Source: Wickerhamiella versatilis (taxonomy: Eukaryota). From it: DNA of 64,000 bases. Below the pieces are notes generated by a model, which saw nothing but the letters and a program-made list of their open reading frames with translations, did not search any database and was not told where the DNA came from. The stretch is taken from NCBI GenBank assembly GCA_030867685.1, contig JAQOWU010000008.1, positions 1,240,001 through 1,304,000 on the forward strand. The letters run 5' to 3'. Each line of letters opens with the position of its first letter. The stretch's first letter is position 1. This document shows, piece by piece, positions 1-9,299 of this stretch. Made by a program: the position numbers and the translations under genes.

Positions 1-760
1 ATCCACCTAGAGGTTTGCCAAGAGGGACAATAGTGGAAAGATTCCATGGCAATCCAACAGATTGCACGACTGGCATTGATATTCGCCGGTCTAGATCAAT
101 GCTAAGCGCCATGAATCCGGTATTATCACATATTTTTGGGAGTAAGCCTGTCCAGCTTCTCGGCTGCCTATAAAGAACTGCTAAGGTGGGATCACGGTAG
201 CCATAAAGATAGGCCATATCAACGATATTCACACACTTCATATCAAGTTCAGATGAACCAAGAATGATGCTAGATTCAAATTGTCGAGTGGTCTTATCTT
301 TATCTGTGACCTCCTCGTCAATATCTTTAATTAAGGGTAACATTGCAAGACAGTCTCTTTGAAACAAATAAGAGATACAGTTGCGATTGGGATCAACGGT
401 AAGTCGGGTAGTGAACTTTGTATCACTGAAATGGTCGAGACTCACTTCGCGTTCATAGAAGTGAATGCTTTGGGTAGCCAATATTCTTTCTTCTGGCTTC
501 CACTTCAGGATCGCCAGCTTTGCTATCTCGAACGCTATAACAATGCTATCATCCTCATACTCTGAATCACGGGGCAACGTCTTTATATGCGTGACTTTGC
601 CATCTAGCTTGAACTCACTGATCCAGTCAAGTGTATCCATTAAATATATAGACAAGTAAGATGACCCTCGAATAACAATCAGATATTCATGGCCGCCAAA
701 TGTAGCCACAGTGCTATGAGTGACTGCACCAGGAGGTGTAGCCTCCCGAAAGAGGTGCAT
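1..760 (-). CDS. CFT1: Cleavage/polyadenylation factor subunit Cft1/CPSF160, 5' part (runs off the window start)
   Basis: Absent from the ORF track; manually translated from ATG at 760: MHLFREATPPGAVTHS...AFEIAKLAILKWKPEERILATQSIHFYE...LTVDPNRNC...LAMLPL...NIVDMAYLYGYRDPTLA, matching CPSF160 N-terminal propeller motifs. Confidence 0.85.
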   Translation of the reverse strand, partial: MHLFREATPPGAVTHSTVATFGGHEYLIVIRGSSYLSIYLMDTLDWISEFKLDGKVTHIKTLPRDSEYEDDSIVIAFEIAKLAILKWKPEERILATQSIHFYEREVSLDHFSDTKFTTRLTVDPNRNCISYLFQRDCLAMLPLIKDIDEEVTDKDKTTRQFESSIILGSSELDMKCVNIVDMAYLYGYRDPTLAVLYRQPRSWTGLLPKICDNTGFMALSIDLDRRISMPVVQSVGLPWNLSTIVPLGKPLGG

Positions 761-1088
761 GTGAGGACCTCGGCTGAATCATCGATAGACCTAACTCCAT
801 AGAATTATTATGCCTCTCCTATTTACTCGTCCCGAAGTATATTCCCGAATTAAATGGTTACCTTTTTATTCAAAAAAAGCTTTGGGGAACTCATAACTGA
901 ATTTAAATGTTATCGGCTACATTATAGATATGTTTTGTTTCACTGATATGGGTCATGCCTGGTGGTAACCCTCACTGTCAATACTTATATTTCCAATAAA
1001 AATAGCCAAAATAACACTTATCAAACAGTATATCATTTGTTCCGTGATTCCATCAGATGACTGATCTGCACCCGAGTAATCAAATTTG

Positions 1089-2018
1089 ATGTCGGAAGGT
1101 CCGGTTACTTTAAGTACAGGGACCAGTTTTGCGGCAGGTGCTGTTGCTGCCTGTATGGCAGTAACAGTCACAAATCCGATAGAAGTGGCAAAGACGAGAT
1201 TGCAGCTTCAGGGTGAACTTTCTGCTTCAACAAGTGCACCTCGAATCTATAAAAATCCGCTGCAAAGCATGCGGATAATAGCCACAAAAGAGGGATTCAA
1301 AGGTATACAGTCGGGTTTGTTTCCAGCGTACTTCTATCAAGTAATGCTTAATGGGGTCCGTTTAGGTTGTTATGAACCGGCACGCCGACTAACGAACCAA
1401 GCTTTTGGAATTGACCCACACGAACGTAACCATTTGATTGGAATAGGTGTAGGTGCATTTACCGGAGCAGTAGGTGCATTTCTTGGATCACCTTTCTATC
1501 TTGTCAAAGTTCGAATGCAGTCGTATTCACCTACGATGCCTGTCGGAGAACAGACTTACTACCGATCAGTCTATAATGGGCTTTCATCGCTCTGGAAACA
1601 AGGTGGTTTCACGTCGTTGTATAGAGGCGTTTCTGCTGCCTGCACACGGACAGCCATTGGGTCCAGTGTTCAGCTTCCAATATACCATGTGACGTCTGCT
1701 CTCATTGATGATACAGGTTTGATTGGACCAGGGCTCTCACGTACATTGTGTTCAAGTATTGCAGCAGGCGTTGGTGTAGCATTCGTTATGAGCCCCCCGG
1801 ACGTTATTATGACGAGAATGTATAATCAACAAGGGGATCTGTATACTGGATTAGTAGATTGTTTTGCGAAGACTGTACGTTCTGAGGGTTTGTTTGCACT
1901 TTATAAAGGTTTTGGTGCCAATGCTCTCCGTATAGGTCCTCATACAATCCTCTCTCTAACCTTCCTTGAGTATACAATGAAATTTGCCAGGTGGATTGAG
2001 GATGTACCTTTAAATTAG
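1089..2018 (+). CDS. OAC1: Mitochondrial oxaloacetate/isopropylmalate carrier
   Basis: Three carrier repeats (NPIEVAKTRLQLQGEL, SPFYLVKVRMQSYS, PPDVIMTRMYNQ), YQVMLNGVRLG, RIGPHT; first ATG 1089. Confidence 0.92.
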   Translation: MSEGPVTLSTGTSFAAGAVAACMAVTVTNPIEVAKTRLQLQGELSASTSAPRIYKNPLQSMRIIATKEGFKGIQSGLFPAYFYQVMLNGVRLGCYEPARRLTNQAFGIDPHERNHLIGIGVGAFTGAVGAFLGSPFYLVKVRMQSYSPTMPVGEQTYYRSVYNGLSSLWKQGGFTSLYRGVSAACTRTAIGSSVQLPIYHVTSALIDDTGLIGPGLSRTLCSSIAAGVGVAFVMSPPDVIMTRMYNQQGDLYTGLVDCFAKTVRSEGLFALYKGFGANALRIGPHTILSLTFLEYTMKFARWIEDVPLN

Positions 2019-2112
2019 ATGCTGTTTTAACTAGTTAAAAACTAGAGAAAAGGTGAAATTCAATGTTTAGTGTATTTTGTGACACTAACCAGAAATAATA
2101 GTCGTTGCTGAC

Positions 2113-2886
2113 ATGCGCCGCAGAGACCGCGACAATGCAGGAACCAAGCGGCAAAGACCATATTTTGATTCTCCTCGCAAGATCAGTCGGAAAGAAAAGT
2201 TCCCGAGTCCAAAAAGGAGTTTCGAATCTGATATATTAACCACAGTAGCGCCTCTGGAATCTCGACGAGAACGCTCTCGATGGGACATCCCACCCAAAGG
2301 CTGGGAAGGCCTTCTAGCGGCTCAATATAAATTAACAGGCTTAGCTGCCCCTGGAGTAATTCCTGATCAATCCCAGAGCGGGAAAGCTGTTCAAGAAATA
2401 TTATCAGCACCACCACTGACGTCTAAAGCCAGTTGGGTATCAAGAGTTGTATCAAGCGCATACCCAGGTTCAGTTAAACTTAAAGAGGGCCAGTGGCTTG
2501 TCAAACATTCAGAGAATTCCACTGGCGAGGAGCCCAAAGCCACAACGGACCCTGATATGGATACCTGTCAAATTCGGGATTACATACATGCAAGACCTAT
2601 AGAAACGCGTTTTATGCAAATAATACTGCCATTATCTGGTCCAAGCCCTTCGAATTTGCAATCAGTAGTGCTGCATGAATGCGAGGGCGTAGAAAAATCG
2701 GTCACGTCCGAGGTATTACCATCTTTGGTAAGACCTAAAATTTCGCGGTTATTTGTTCAGTTTCAAACTGCTATGGAATGCTCGAATGCACTTAATAAAT
2801 TAGGTGGTCGTCTTCTAGGACGCACTCCACTGCTTGTCGCAGCACTTGACGAACGATTTGCTGAGAATTACGTATTTCCTCAGTAA
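2113..2886 (+). CDS. MUD2: Degenerate U2AF large subunit (U2AF65/Mud2-like)
   Basis: Arg/Ser-rich N-terminus, RSRWDIPPKGWE..AAQYKLTG (ULM-like), C-terminal UHM-like LFVQFQTAMECSNALNKLGGR; RRM1/2 largely absent. Confidence 0.7.
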   Translation: MRRRDRDNAGTKRQRPYFDSPRKISRKEKFPSPKRSFESDILTTVAPLESRRERSRWDIPPKGWEGLLAAQYKLTGLAAPGVIPDQSQSGKAVQEILSAPPLTSKASWVSRVVSSAYPGSVKLKEGQWLVKHSENSTGEEPKATTDPDMDTCQIRDYIHARPIETRFMQIILPLSGPSPSNLQSVVLHECEGVEKSVTSEVLPSLVRPKISRLFVQFQTAMECSNALNKLGGRLLGRTPLLVAALDERFAENYVFPQ

Positions 2887-2891
2887 CTAAG

Positions 2892-4271
2892 ATGTTCCGA
2901 GGACTGAGGAGATTTTCCCCTGCGAGAGCCTTCTCCGTTTCTTCTGGCGAGGAGTATCCTATATCGACTCTAAAAAATGGAGTTAAGGTGGTGACATCTC
3001 CGTATCCGTGCCATTTCGCTGGTGCTGGTGTCTACATCAGTGCAGGCAGTAGGTACGAGCCTCCTCAGCTTTGTGGAGCTTCGCATCTTGTAGACCGGCT
3101 GGCATACGAGTCTACAGCAAACCATACAAAGGAGCAAATGGAGCAGAATCTTCTTGCGCTGGGTGGTAATTATATGTGCGCTTCGTCCCGTGAGACCATG
3201 ATGTACCAAGCCTCAACTTTCCACTCAGACTTCAACGAAATGTTTGGACTTCTCGCAGAAACGGTCAATAAGCCAAGAATACTGCCTGAAGAAGTTCAAG
3301 CCCAGGCTAAAAGTGCCATGTACGAGTTAGACGAAATCTCGCAGAAACCAGAGCTCATTCTTCCTGAAATTGCTCACCAAGTTGCATTTAAAGATGGAAT
3401 TGGCCGCCCTTTACTTTGTCCTGAAGAAAGATTGTCCCTAATAACATCTGGAACTATTTGGCAGTACCGCCATCAACTTTACACACCCAGCCGGATAACA
3501 CTCGGATTTGTGGGTTTGGACCACAAACACGCGGTGGAGCTTGCCGAAAAAGAGTTCGGAGGCTTAAAGCCAAGCTCTATACCTGTCCCGCCGCTGCAAC
3601 GTTCTCATTACGTAGGGGGAGAACGTGCAATCCCGATGCCACGGCCTGTCGGTAACTTCCCCCAATTTTATCATTTACAAGTACTTTACAGAGGTGTAGG
3701 GATTAATGACCCCGATATATATGCCGTTTCAACCCTTCAAACGCTACTAGGTGGAGGTGGATCATTCTCAGCAGGCGGCCCTGGAAAAGGAATGTACTCT
3801 CGACTATACACCCATGTTCTCAATCAATATGGCTACATAGAAAGCTGCCAAAGTGCAAACCATGCTTATTCCGATGATGGACTATTTGGTATAACTTGCT
3901 CTGCGATTCCACAAGCCGCACAATACATTTCCTATATCATTGGATCCCAACTAGCTCTCCTATTTACTCCTGGAGAACTCGGCGAAATTGAGGTTCAACG
4001 CGCAAAGAACCAGCTACGCAGCCAGCTTTTGATGAATCTTGAATCGAGAATGGTAGAACTTGAAGACGCAGGGCGACAAGTGCAACTCAATGGCCATAAA
4101 CTGCCGGTCACTGAAATGGTTAGCAAGATCGATGCTCTGACTATAGACGACCTTCAACGTGCTGCAAAGCGTATTTTGACCTCCTCACCACCTACCATCG
4201 TCATGCAAGGTCCACGGGATGCTTTCGGCGATGTTGCCCATGTTCTCAAGCAATTTGGTCTTGGGAATTAG
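2892..4271 (+). CDS. MAS2: Mitochondrial processing peptidase alpha subunit
   Basis: GSRYE..GASHLVDRLA, glycine loop LLGGGGSFSAGGPGKGMYSRLY, LMNLESR. Confidence 0.97.
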   Translation: MFRGLRRFSPARAFSVSSGEEYPISTLKNGVKVVTSPYPCHFAGAGVYISAGSRYEPPQLCGASHLVDRLAYESTANHTKEQMEQNLLALGGNYMCASSRETMMYQASTFHSDFNEMFGLLAETVNKPRILPEEVQAQAKSAMYELDEISQKPELILPEIAHQVAFKDGIGRPLLCPEERLSLITSGTIWQYRHQLYTPSRITLGFVGLDHKHAVELAEKEFGGLKPSSIPVPPLQRSHYVGGERAIPMPRPVGNFPQFYHLQVLYRGVGINDPDIYAVSTLQTLLGGGGSFSAGGPGKGMYSRLYTHVLNQYGYIESCQSANHAYSDDGLFGITCSAIPQAAQYISYIIGSQLALLFTPGELGEIEVQRAKNQLRSQLLMNLESRMVELEDAGRQVQLNGHKLPVTEMVSKIDALTIDDLQRAAKRILTSSPPTIVMQGPRDAFGDVAHVLKQFGLGN

Positions 4272-4412
4272 ACCAAGTGTACATATATTTTAGAAGATAT
4301 AGTTGTTTTATTCAAAAAAAAACATTAATTTTAAGATATCTGATCACCAGGAAGGAAAACAGAAGTTTTGGGCGTAACCGATTTCCGTTTGTTACATAAC
4401 AACTCTCTTTTT

Positions 4413-5132
4413 ATGAACCTGGTGGATGGCGGCTTTCCTGTACGTATTCCTGAGAAAATACTTGAACTTGAGCCTGAATTAATATCCCAGGGTGCAGAGG
4501 CGTTGCTGTTTGTGGTTAAGAAGCCGGAGGATTCGGAAAGATTCATAGCAAAGTATCGTCCACCAAAACCATACCGCATATATGAGCTTGACAGCCTGTT
4601 GCGTAAACGAAGAACGACTGCAGAGGCCCGTGTCATGAAGAAGCTTGCACAAAATAATGTTAAAGTCCCAGAACTCTTAAGTGTGGACCCTCAATTGGGG
4701 TTGTTGTACATGGAGTTGATCGCTGGTGAATGTACCTTGAAGAAGGCTACTTGGGATGCTGAATCCATAGAGTCTGTTATTCCCCATTATAGCCAGTTAG
4801 GTGCAGCGATTGAGCGCATGCATTCTCTTGCGATTGTTCATGGTGATCTCACCACATCAAACGTAATGCTGACACCGGATAATAAAATAGCACTGATTGA
4901 CTTTGGGCTCAGCTCGCAGGCAGCTAATATTGAAGACAAGGCTGTTGATCTTTATGTACTGGAGCGGGCAATTCAAAGTACTCACCCTTCCGATGCGGAA
5001 TATCTCATGCGTATACTTCTTGAAGGCTATGTGGCAGAGGGCTTAAAACTTCAAGATGATAAGCAGTCACTAGTGCTTCAACGGCTTGAGAAAGTTCGCC
5101 AAAGAGGACGCAAGAGAACTGATCTTGGTTAG
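4413..5132 (+). CDS. BUD32: KEOPS complex kinase Bud32/PRPK
   Basis: QGAEA, KYRPPKPYR, HGDLTTSN, IDFGL, EDKAVDLYVLERA, RGRKR tail; first ATG 4413. Confidence 0.95.
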   Translation: MNLVDGGFPVRIPEKILELEPELISQGAEALLFVVKKPEDSERFIAKYRPPKPYRIYELDSLLRKRRTTAEARVMKKLAQNNVKVPELLSVDPQLGLLYMELIAGECTLKKATWDAESIESVIPHYSQLGAAIERMHSLAIVHGDLTTSNVMLTPDNKIALIDFGLSSQAANIEDKAVDLYVLERAIQSTHPSDAEYLMRILLEGYVAEGLKLQDDKQSLVLQRLEKVRQRGRKRTDLG

Positions 5133-5170
5133 GTGCTGGAGCCACATTTTATATAATCGGAACCACATAT

Positions 5171-6661
5171 ATGGTCGTAAACACGGAGGTCATTGTAAGA
5201 ATTCGCCCACCCAATAAAAATGAGGAAGTCTCACCGCTTGTTCTGCGTGCGAAGAATTCGCAGGTATGTGAGGTCCAAACTAGCAGCTCTACGCCTGTTA
5301 CATTTCAATTTGATCGAGTATTTGGGCCCTCTAGAGCGCAGCAGGAATTGTTTGAGTCGTTGACTCCCATTGTAGATGGAGTTTTAAATGGTATAAGTGG
5401 GACTGTTCTTGCTTATGGGCAGACAGGCTCCGGAAAGTCTTATTCAATGATGGGGGATGGCGACGGCGAAAACAGAGGTATGATACCGCGCATTGTGGAG
5501 CACCTCGTTGGTCATGCAAAGGAATTGTGTATTTCTTATGTAGAAATCTATAATGAACGGGTGCGTGACCTCCTGATCTCTACAGGAGACTTAGGCATTC
5601 AAACCGTTGGGATGGGGTTTGATGCCGCTAAAGGCCTGGCGCGAATTCCTGCAAGAACTCAAAAAGACATCATGAAATTGCTTAATCGAGGAAATATGAA
5701 CAGAGCGGTCAATGCTACCTCTATGAACCAGCAATCGAGTCGTAGCCATGCCGTTATTGTTCTTGACACGGGAAATGCTCGTCTCTTTCTAGTGGACCTT
5801 GCAGGATCCGAGTCTGCCGCAAAGTCACATGCACGGGGCTCAGTTCTAAAAGAAGCGGGTCAAATAAATCAAAGTCTTACGGCTCTCGGAATGGTGATAA
5901 GTGCACTGGCCAAGGGTGTTCCCTACGTACCTTATAGAAATTCAAAGCTCACGAGGCTACTTCAAGAGGCATTAGGGGGCAATTCGCGTACAGTAGTAAT
6001 TGTATGCTGCTCACCGTCTGGTTTGCATATCGGTGAGACTCTCACCTCTCTAAGATTTGGCACACGGGCTATGAAGGTTGAGGTGCGCCCAGAGGGTAAC
6101 GAACCCTCCTGGCATGAGAAAATATTAAGCGAGCTAGAAACTTGGCGGCGTGGTGGACGTCCCTCGCAGCCTTGGGTGGAAATCGAGTCCCTTCTCTGCG
6201 ATACATCTGCGGCCCAGCAGATGAAGGATCTAAGTGACAGAGAATTCTCACATATAGCTGAAATGGCCGACCTCATCGAGCAACAGAGTTGCTTGGATCA
6301 GAAAATCCAGCACATCCAATCGAAATGTGCTCAATTTCGGGAGGGTTCGCCAAGTTCACAGCGGAATTGGGGCGAAAAACAGTCCAATTCGCTTCTAGAA
6401 AAGCTTTGCACCAACAATCGGTTACTTCGACGGGAAAATCAGCAGCTGGAACAACAGATTCGTATCCAGCGCTATATTACGTCCCAGCATGAGAAAACTG
6501 TCGATGGGCTACGCGAGACCTTGGAAGAATATAAGGTGGGAAAAGAAAATACCAAAGGCCACACTGAAACACCCCAGCTAGAAACCTCCGAGAGAAATAT
6601 GGCCACTGAAGCTTTCCAGGAGAATGATATCCTTAATAGCGCAGAATCTTGCGTGGAATAG
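5171..6661 (+). CDS. Kinesin-1 family motor, short
   Basis: AYGQTGSGKS, NQQSSRSH, LVDLAGSE, VPYRNSKLTRLLQEALGGNSRT; ELETWRRG..W hinge typical of fungal conventional kinesin. Confidence 0.9.
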   Translation: MVVNTEVIVRIRPPNKNEEVSPLVLRAKNSQVCEVQTSSSTPVTFQFDRVFGPSRAQQELFESLTPIVDGVLNGISGTVLAYGQTGSGKSYSMMGDGDGENRGMIPRIVEHLVGHAKELCISYVEIYNERVRDLLISTGDLGIQTVGMGFDAAKGLARIPARTQKDIMKLLNRGNMNRAVNATSMNQQSSRSHAVIVLDTGNARLFLVDLAGSESAAKSHARGSVLKEAGQINQSLTALGMVISALAKGVPYVPYRNSKLTRLLQEALGGNSRTVVIVCCSPSGLHIGETLTSLRFGTRAMKVEVRPEGNEPSWHEKILSELETWRRGGRPSQPWVEIESLLCDTSAAQQMKDLSDREFSHIAEMADLIEQQSCLDQKIQHIQSKCAQFREGSPSSQRNWGEKQSNSLLEKLCTNNRLLRRENQQLEQQIRIQRYITSQHEKTVDGLRETLEEYKVGKENTKGHTETPQLETSERNMATEAFQENDILNSAESCVE

Positions 6662-6720
6662 ATAAATATATATATACATTTACATATATATATTAGTATT
6701 ATTTAGTAAATTATTCTGCT
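6662..6720. terminator. TA-rich shared 3'-end region of two convergent genes
   Basis: Repeated TATATA (yeast efficiency-element-like) between stops at 6661 and 6721. Confidence 0.5.
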
Positions 6721-7128
6721 TCAGATTGTAAGTCCAGCCATTTGGAGATCACCCTGTGTTCTTGGTTCGCCTTTCTCGGCATCATTTACTTCGTCACCAC
6801 TAGGATCCTTACTTTTGAGAGTATCATTCACCTCGTCATCCTGCTTAAATTTTTCAGGCTGAAGTAAGTGGGCCTCGGAATTCAGGTATCCAGGAGCCAA
6901 CCGCTTCTCCTCCTCTTTTATTTGGGCAAACCGCCCATTGAGCCACTCACTGGAATAGGTGAGCCGTTCCTGGTGTTTCTCCTGCAGCATTTTAAGAAAA
7001 GCTTCTGAGTCCAAGCGAATTGGCTCCACGCTGGATGTGTCGGTCGGTGCAACAATCTTTACCGGTGCATATGATTTGGGGAGCACAACCGGTTTGAAGC
7101 CAGTGATGGACGGGGCAAGTTGTACCAT
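6721..7128 (-). CDS. Uncharacterised small protein
   Basis: ATG-started 135-aa ORF filling the gap; EEKRLAPGYLNS motif; family not recognised. Confidence 0.6.
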   Translation of the reverse strand: MVQLAPSITGFKPVVLPKSYAPVKIVAPTDTSSVEPIRLDSEAFLKMLQEKHQERLTYSSEWLNGRFAQIKEEEKRLAPGYLNSEAHLLQPEKFKQDDEVNDTLKSKDPSGDEVNDAEKGEPRTQGDLQMAGLTI

Positions 7129-7294
7129 CCCAAAGACCTAACCCGTCACCCAGTGCTACTAAAGCGAATTGTTCCGTTAGTCATCTTTTTCTATGGAACA
7201 ATAATAATATATCACAATGAACTACAAAGCGATGATGCCGTCCAACGGTAAGGAAGTGCCGAGTGAATTTATATGATCATAACTGGACACTGAG

Positions 7295-7681
7295 CTATTT
7301 CTTCTGTTCTTGTGGCTCCCACTCAAGATCCCCGATCTTGGAAAGATCTAGTGTAGATTTAGTTAGTTTTTGACCCGATTCTTTGAGGATATCCTCGAGC
7401 GTTTTTTTGCCACCACCAAATACATTAAGATGATCAGCAATTAGATGCCGGTTCTTGCACTCTGGGCACTGTATCAAGACCGTGCCACCGTGATAGGCTT
7501 GTTTCGATACCAGGTGGCTACTGCGATCGTTGCAAGCTTTGCATGTGAAGGTCAACTGGTAAGTAGGCTTATCGATTTTACCAATAGAGCTGGATGGTCG
7601 GGTCCAAGGCCTCAGTGCAGGAAACCGAGATACGATGGGCAACCGGGGGGTTATCCTCCAAAGACCATGTCGAAGCATCAT
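7295..7681 (-). CDS. ZIM17: Mitochondrial Hsp70 escort protein, DNL zinc finger
   Basis: FTCKAC...SKQAYHGGTVLIQCPECKNRHLIADHL; presequence-like MMLRHGLWR. Confidence 0.93.
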   Translation of the reverse strand: MMLRHGLWRITPRLPIVSRFPALRPWTRPSSSIGKIDKPTYQLTFTCKACNDRSSHLVSKQAYHGGTVLIQCPECKNRHLIADHLNVFGGGKKTLEDILKESGQKLTKSTLDLSKIGDLEWEPQEQKK

Positions 7682-7859
7682 ATTCTTGTTAGTAAGGTAG
7701 CTTTCCATGGAAGGCGACAATATGTAGCACTTTATGCAAAATTCATAAAACTAGATGGGGTATATATAGTACAGGTGGGATAATATGTGCGAAATATGTG
7801 GACATCATGAAATTGAGGTTGGGGGCGTTTTTGGCAATGAAAGGAAGACGCAAGCGTCT

Positions 7860-8591
7860 TTAAAAGTCTGCCGCTGCATTTGTCGTATGGTATTGGTCGA
7901 GATTTGCCCGGAAAGGATCATCGTCCTTAGTCTCATGGGCAGGCGATAAGGCCCTGGCATGACTGCGTCTCCGCATGAGCCAGAAAGCGAGACCACATAC
8001 TGCAAGCACTACCGGCACACCGACACCGACACCAACACCAATACCGATGTTACGATCTTTCTTACTGGTGCCTGAGGAGCTACTACTATCCGAATTACTT
8101 GACGGAACGGAAAGCGAGGCTGATGCGGACGCCGACGCAGATGCATCGGAGGTGGATGTCGGCGTCGAAGAGGCAGAACCACCGTCAGTGCTAGTGGAGT
8201 CACCCCCGGTAGGTGTAGAAGACGCTTCACCCGACTTCGTAACTATAACAGATACCACCTGGGTCGTACCACCCTGCGCCTGGGTTGACGTCATTACTAC
8301 CGTGGTGGACTGAGCCTCACTTGGAGACGTTGTGATAGATCCCGAGCTAGACTGCTCGGCCGTGGTGGCCGTGCTAGCTATAGAAGTAGACCCTGTGGTA
8401 GGTGCCTCAGCTGATGTTGTTGTTGGCACGACACTCGTCGAAAGACTTGAACTAGTAGAGGTCTGCGCGGCCTGCGCGCTTGTGGTGGTCGTTTCGGCAG
8501 AGGTGGTGGAGTTGCCACCTATCCCGAATGCCTGGGCATTAGCAAAAGCCAAAGTTAGCGGAACTAGCAGGAAGCTCCTGCTCATACGCAT
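7860..8591 (-). CDS. Mid2/Mtl1-like cell-wall stress sensor (type I membrane protein)
   Basis: Signal peptide, NST sequon, Ser/Thr-rich ectodomain, TM IGIGVGVGVGVPVVLAVCGLAFWLM, basic RRR, tail PFRANLDQYH. Confidence 0.75.
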   Translation of the reverse strand: MRMSRSFLLVPLTLAFANAQAFGIGGNSTTSAETTTTSAQAAQTSTSSSLSTSVVPTTTSAEAPTTGSTSIASTATTAEQSSSGSITTSPSEAQSTTVVMTSTQAQGGTTQVVSVIVTKSGEASSTPTGGDSTSTDGGSASSTPTSTSDASASASASASLSVPSSNSDSSSSSGTSKKDRNIGIGVGVGVGVPVVLAVCGLAFWLMRRRSHARALSPAHETKDDDPFRANLDQYHTTNAAADF

Positions 8592-8700
8592 TTTTTATTA
8601 CAGGGGGTTCAAAAAGAATGTGTGTTACTTCAGCGTTTTCTAAAATTGGTGTGTGTTTTCTCCTACTTACTAATCGGTATTGTATATTAGGGACGAATTT

Positions 8701-9120
8701 CTACTCCATGTCTGAATAGACGACCATGCACCAAATCATCGCGTATAGGAAGTAGCAGAAGAGTCCAAAATAGTAAATTAGCTTGACAAAACTTTCTATG
8801 CGGTATCCCCTGACCTTGCGGAAAATTAAAGTAGCATCGAACTGGAATTGGGTCTGGGTGTATCTCCAAGCGTTAAAAGCAGTGCATGGTACAGTTAGGA
8901 TTAGGCTCTTAAATTCACCTATCAGTAAAAGCCATACGGTGACCGCTGCCTGTACGACAACTTCAATGGGGTAAAATTTCTCCATAGTTTCGCACAACTC
9001 CATCGGATTTATGTAGTCAGACTCCAGGTCTGTGAACGCAATAATGAAATACAGCTGTGTAATGAGCTCGACGATATCGACGAACATCAGGATACCGTAA
9101 CTCCATGCTTGAACCAACAT
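8701..9120 (-). CDS. ERV14: Cornichon-family ER cargo receptor
   Basis: DLESDYINPMELC, FDATLIFR, ESFVKL, three hydrophobic segments. Confidence 0.92.
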   Translation of the reverse strand: MLVQAWSYGILMFVDIVELITQLYFIIAFTDLESDYINPMELCETMEKFYPIEVVVQAAVTVWLLLIGEFKSLILTVPCTAFNAWRYTQTQFQFDATLIFRKVRGYRIESFVKLIYYFGLFCYFLYAMIWCMVVYSDME

Positions 9121-9299
9121 TGCTGAAAGCTAAGATCCTATGACTAATAAAGTCACTCTCGAATCACTGATATCATCGGTTAAATATGAGAAGGCAATGT
9201 GCAGAATATCATTGATATCTTTTGTTTCCCAAGTACAACATCTGGTACCCGAATAAATATTTTATGCTAGACTTACGATATATAATCATTTCGTTTCGC

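Noticed and set aside
7231..7294. C/D-box-like GATGATG...CTGA
   Set aside because: Imperfect C box and no recognisable rRNA-antisense guide
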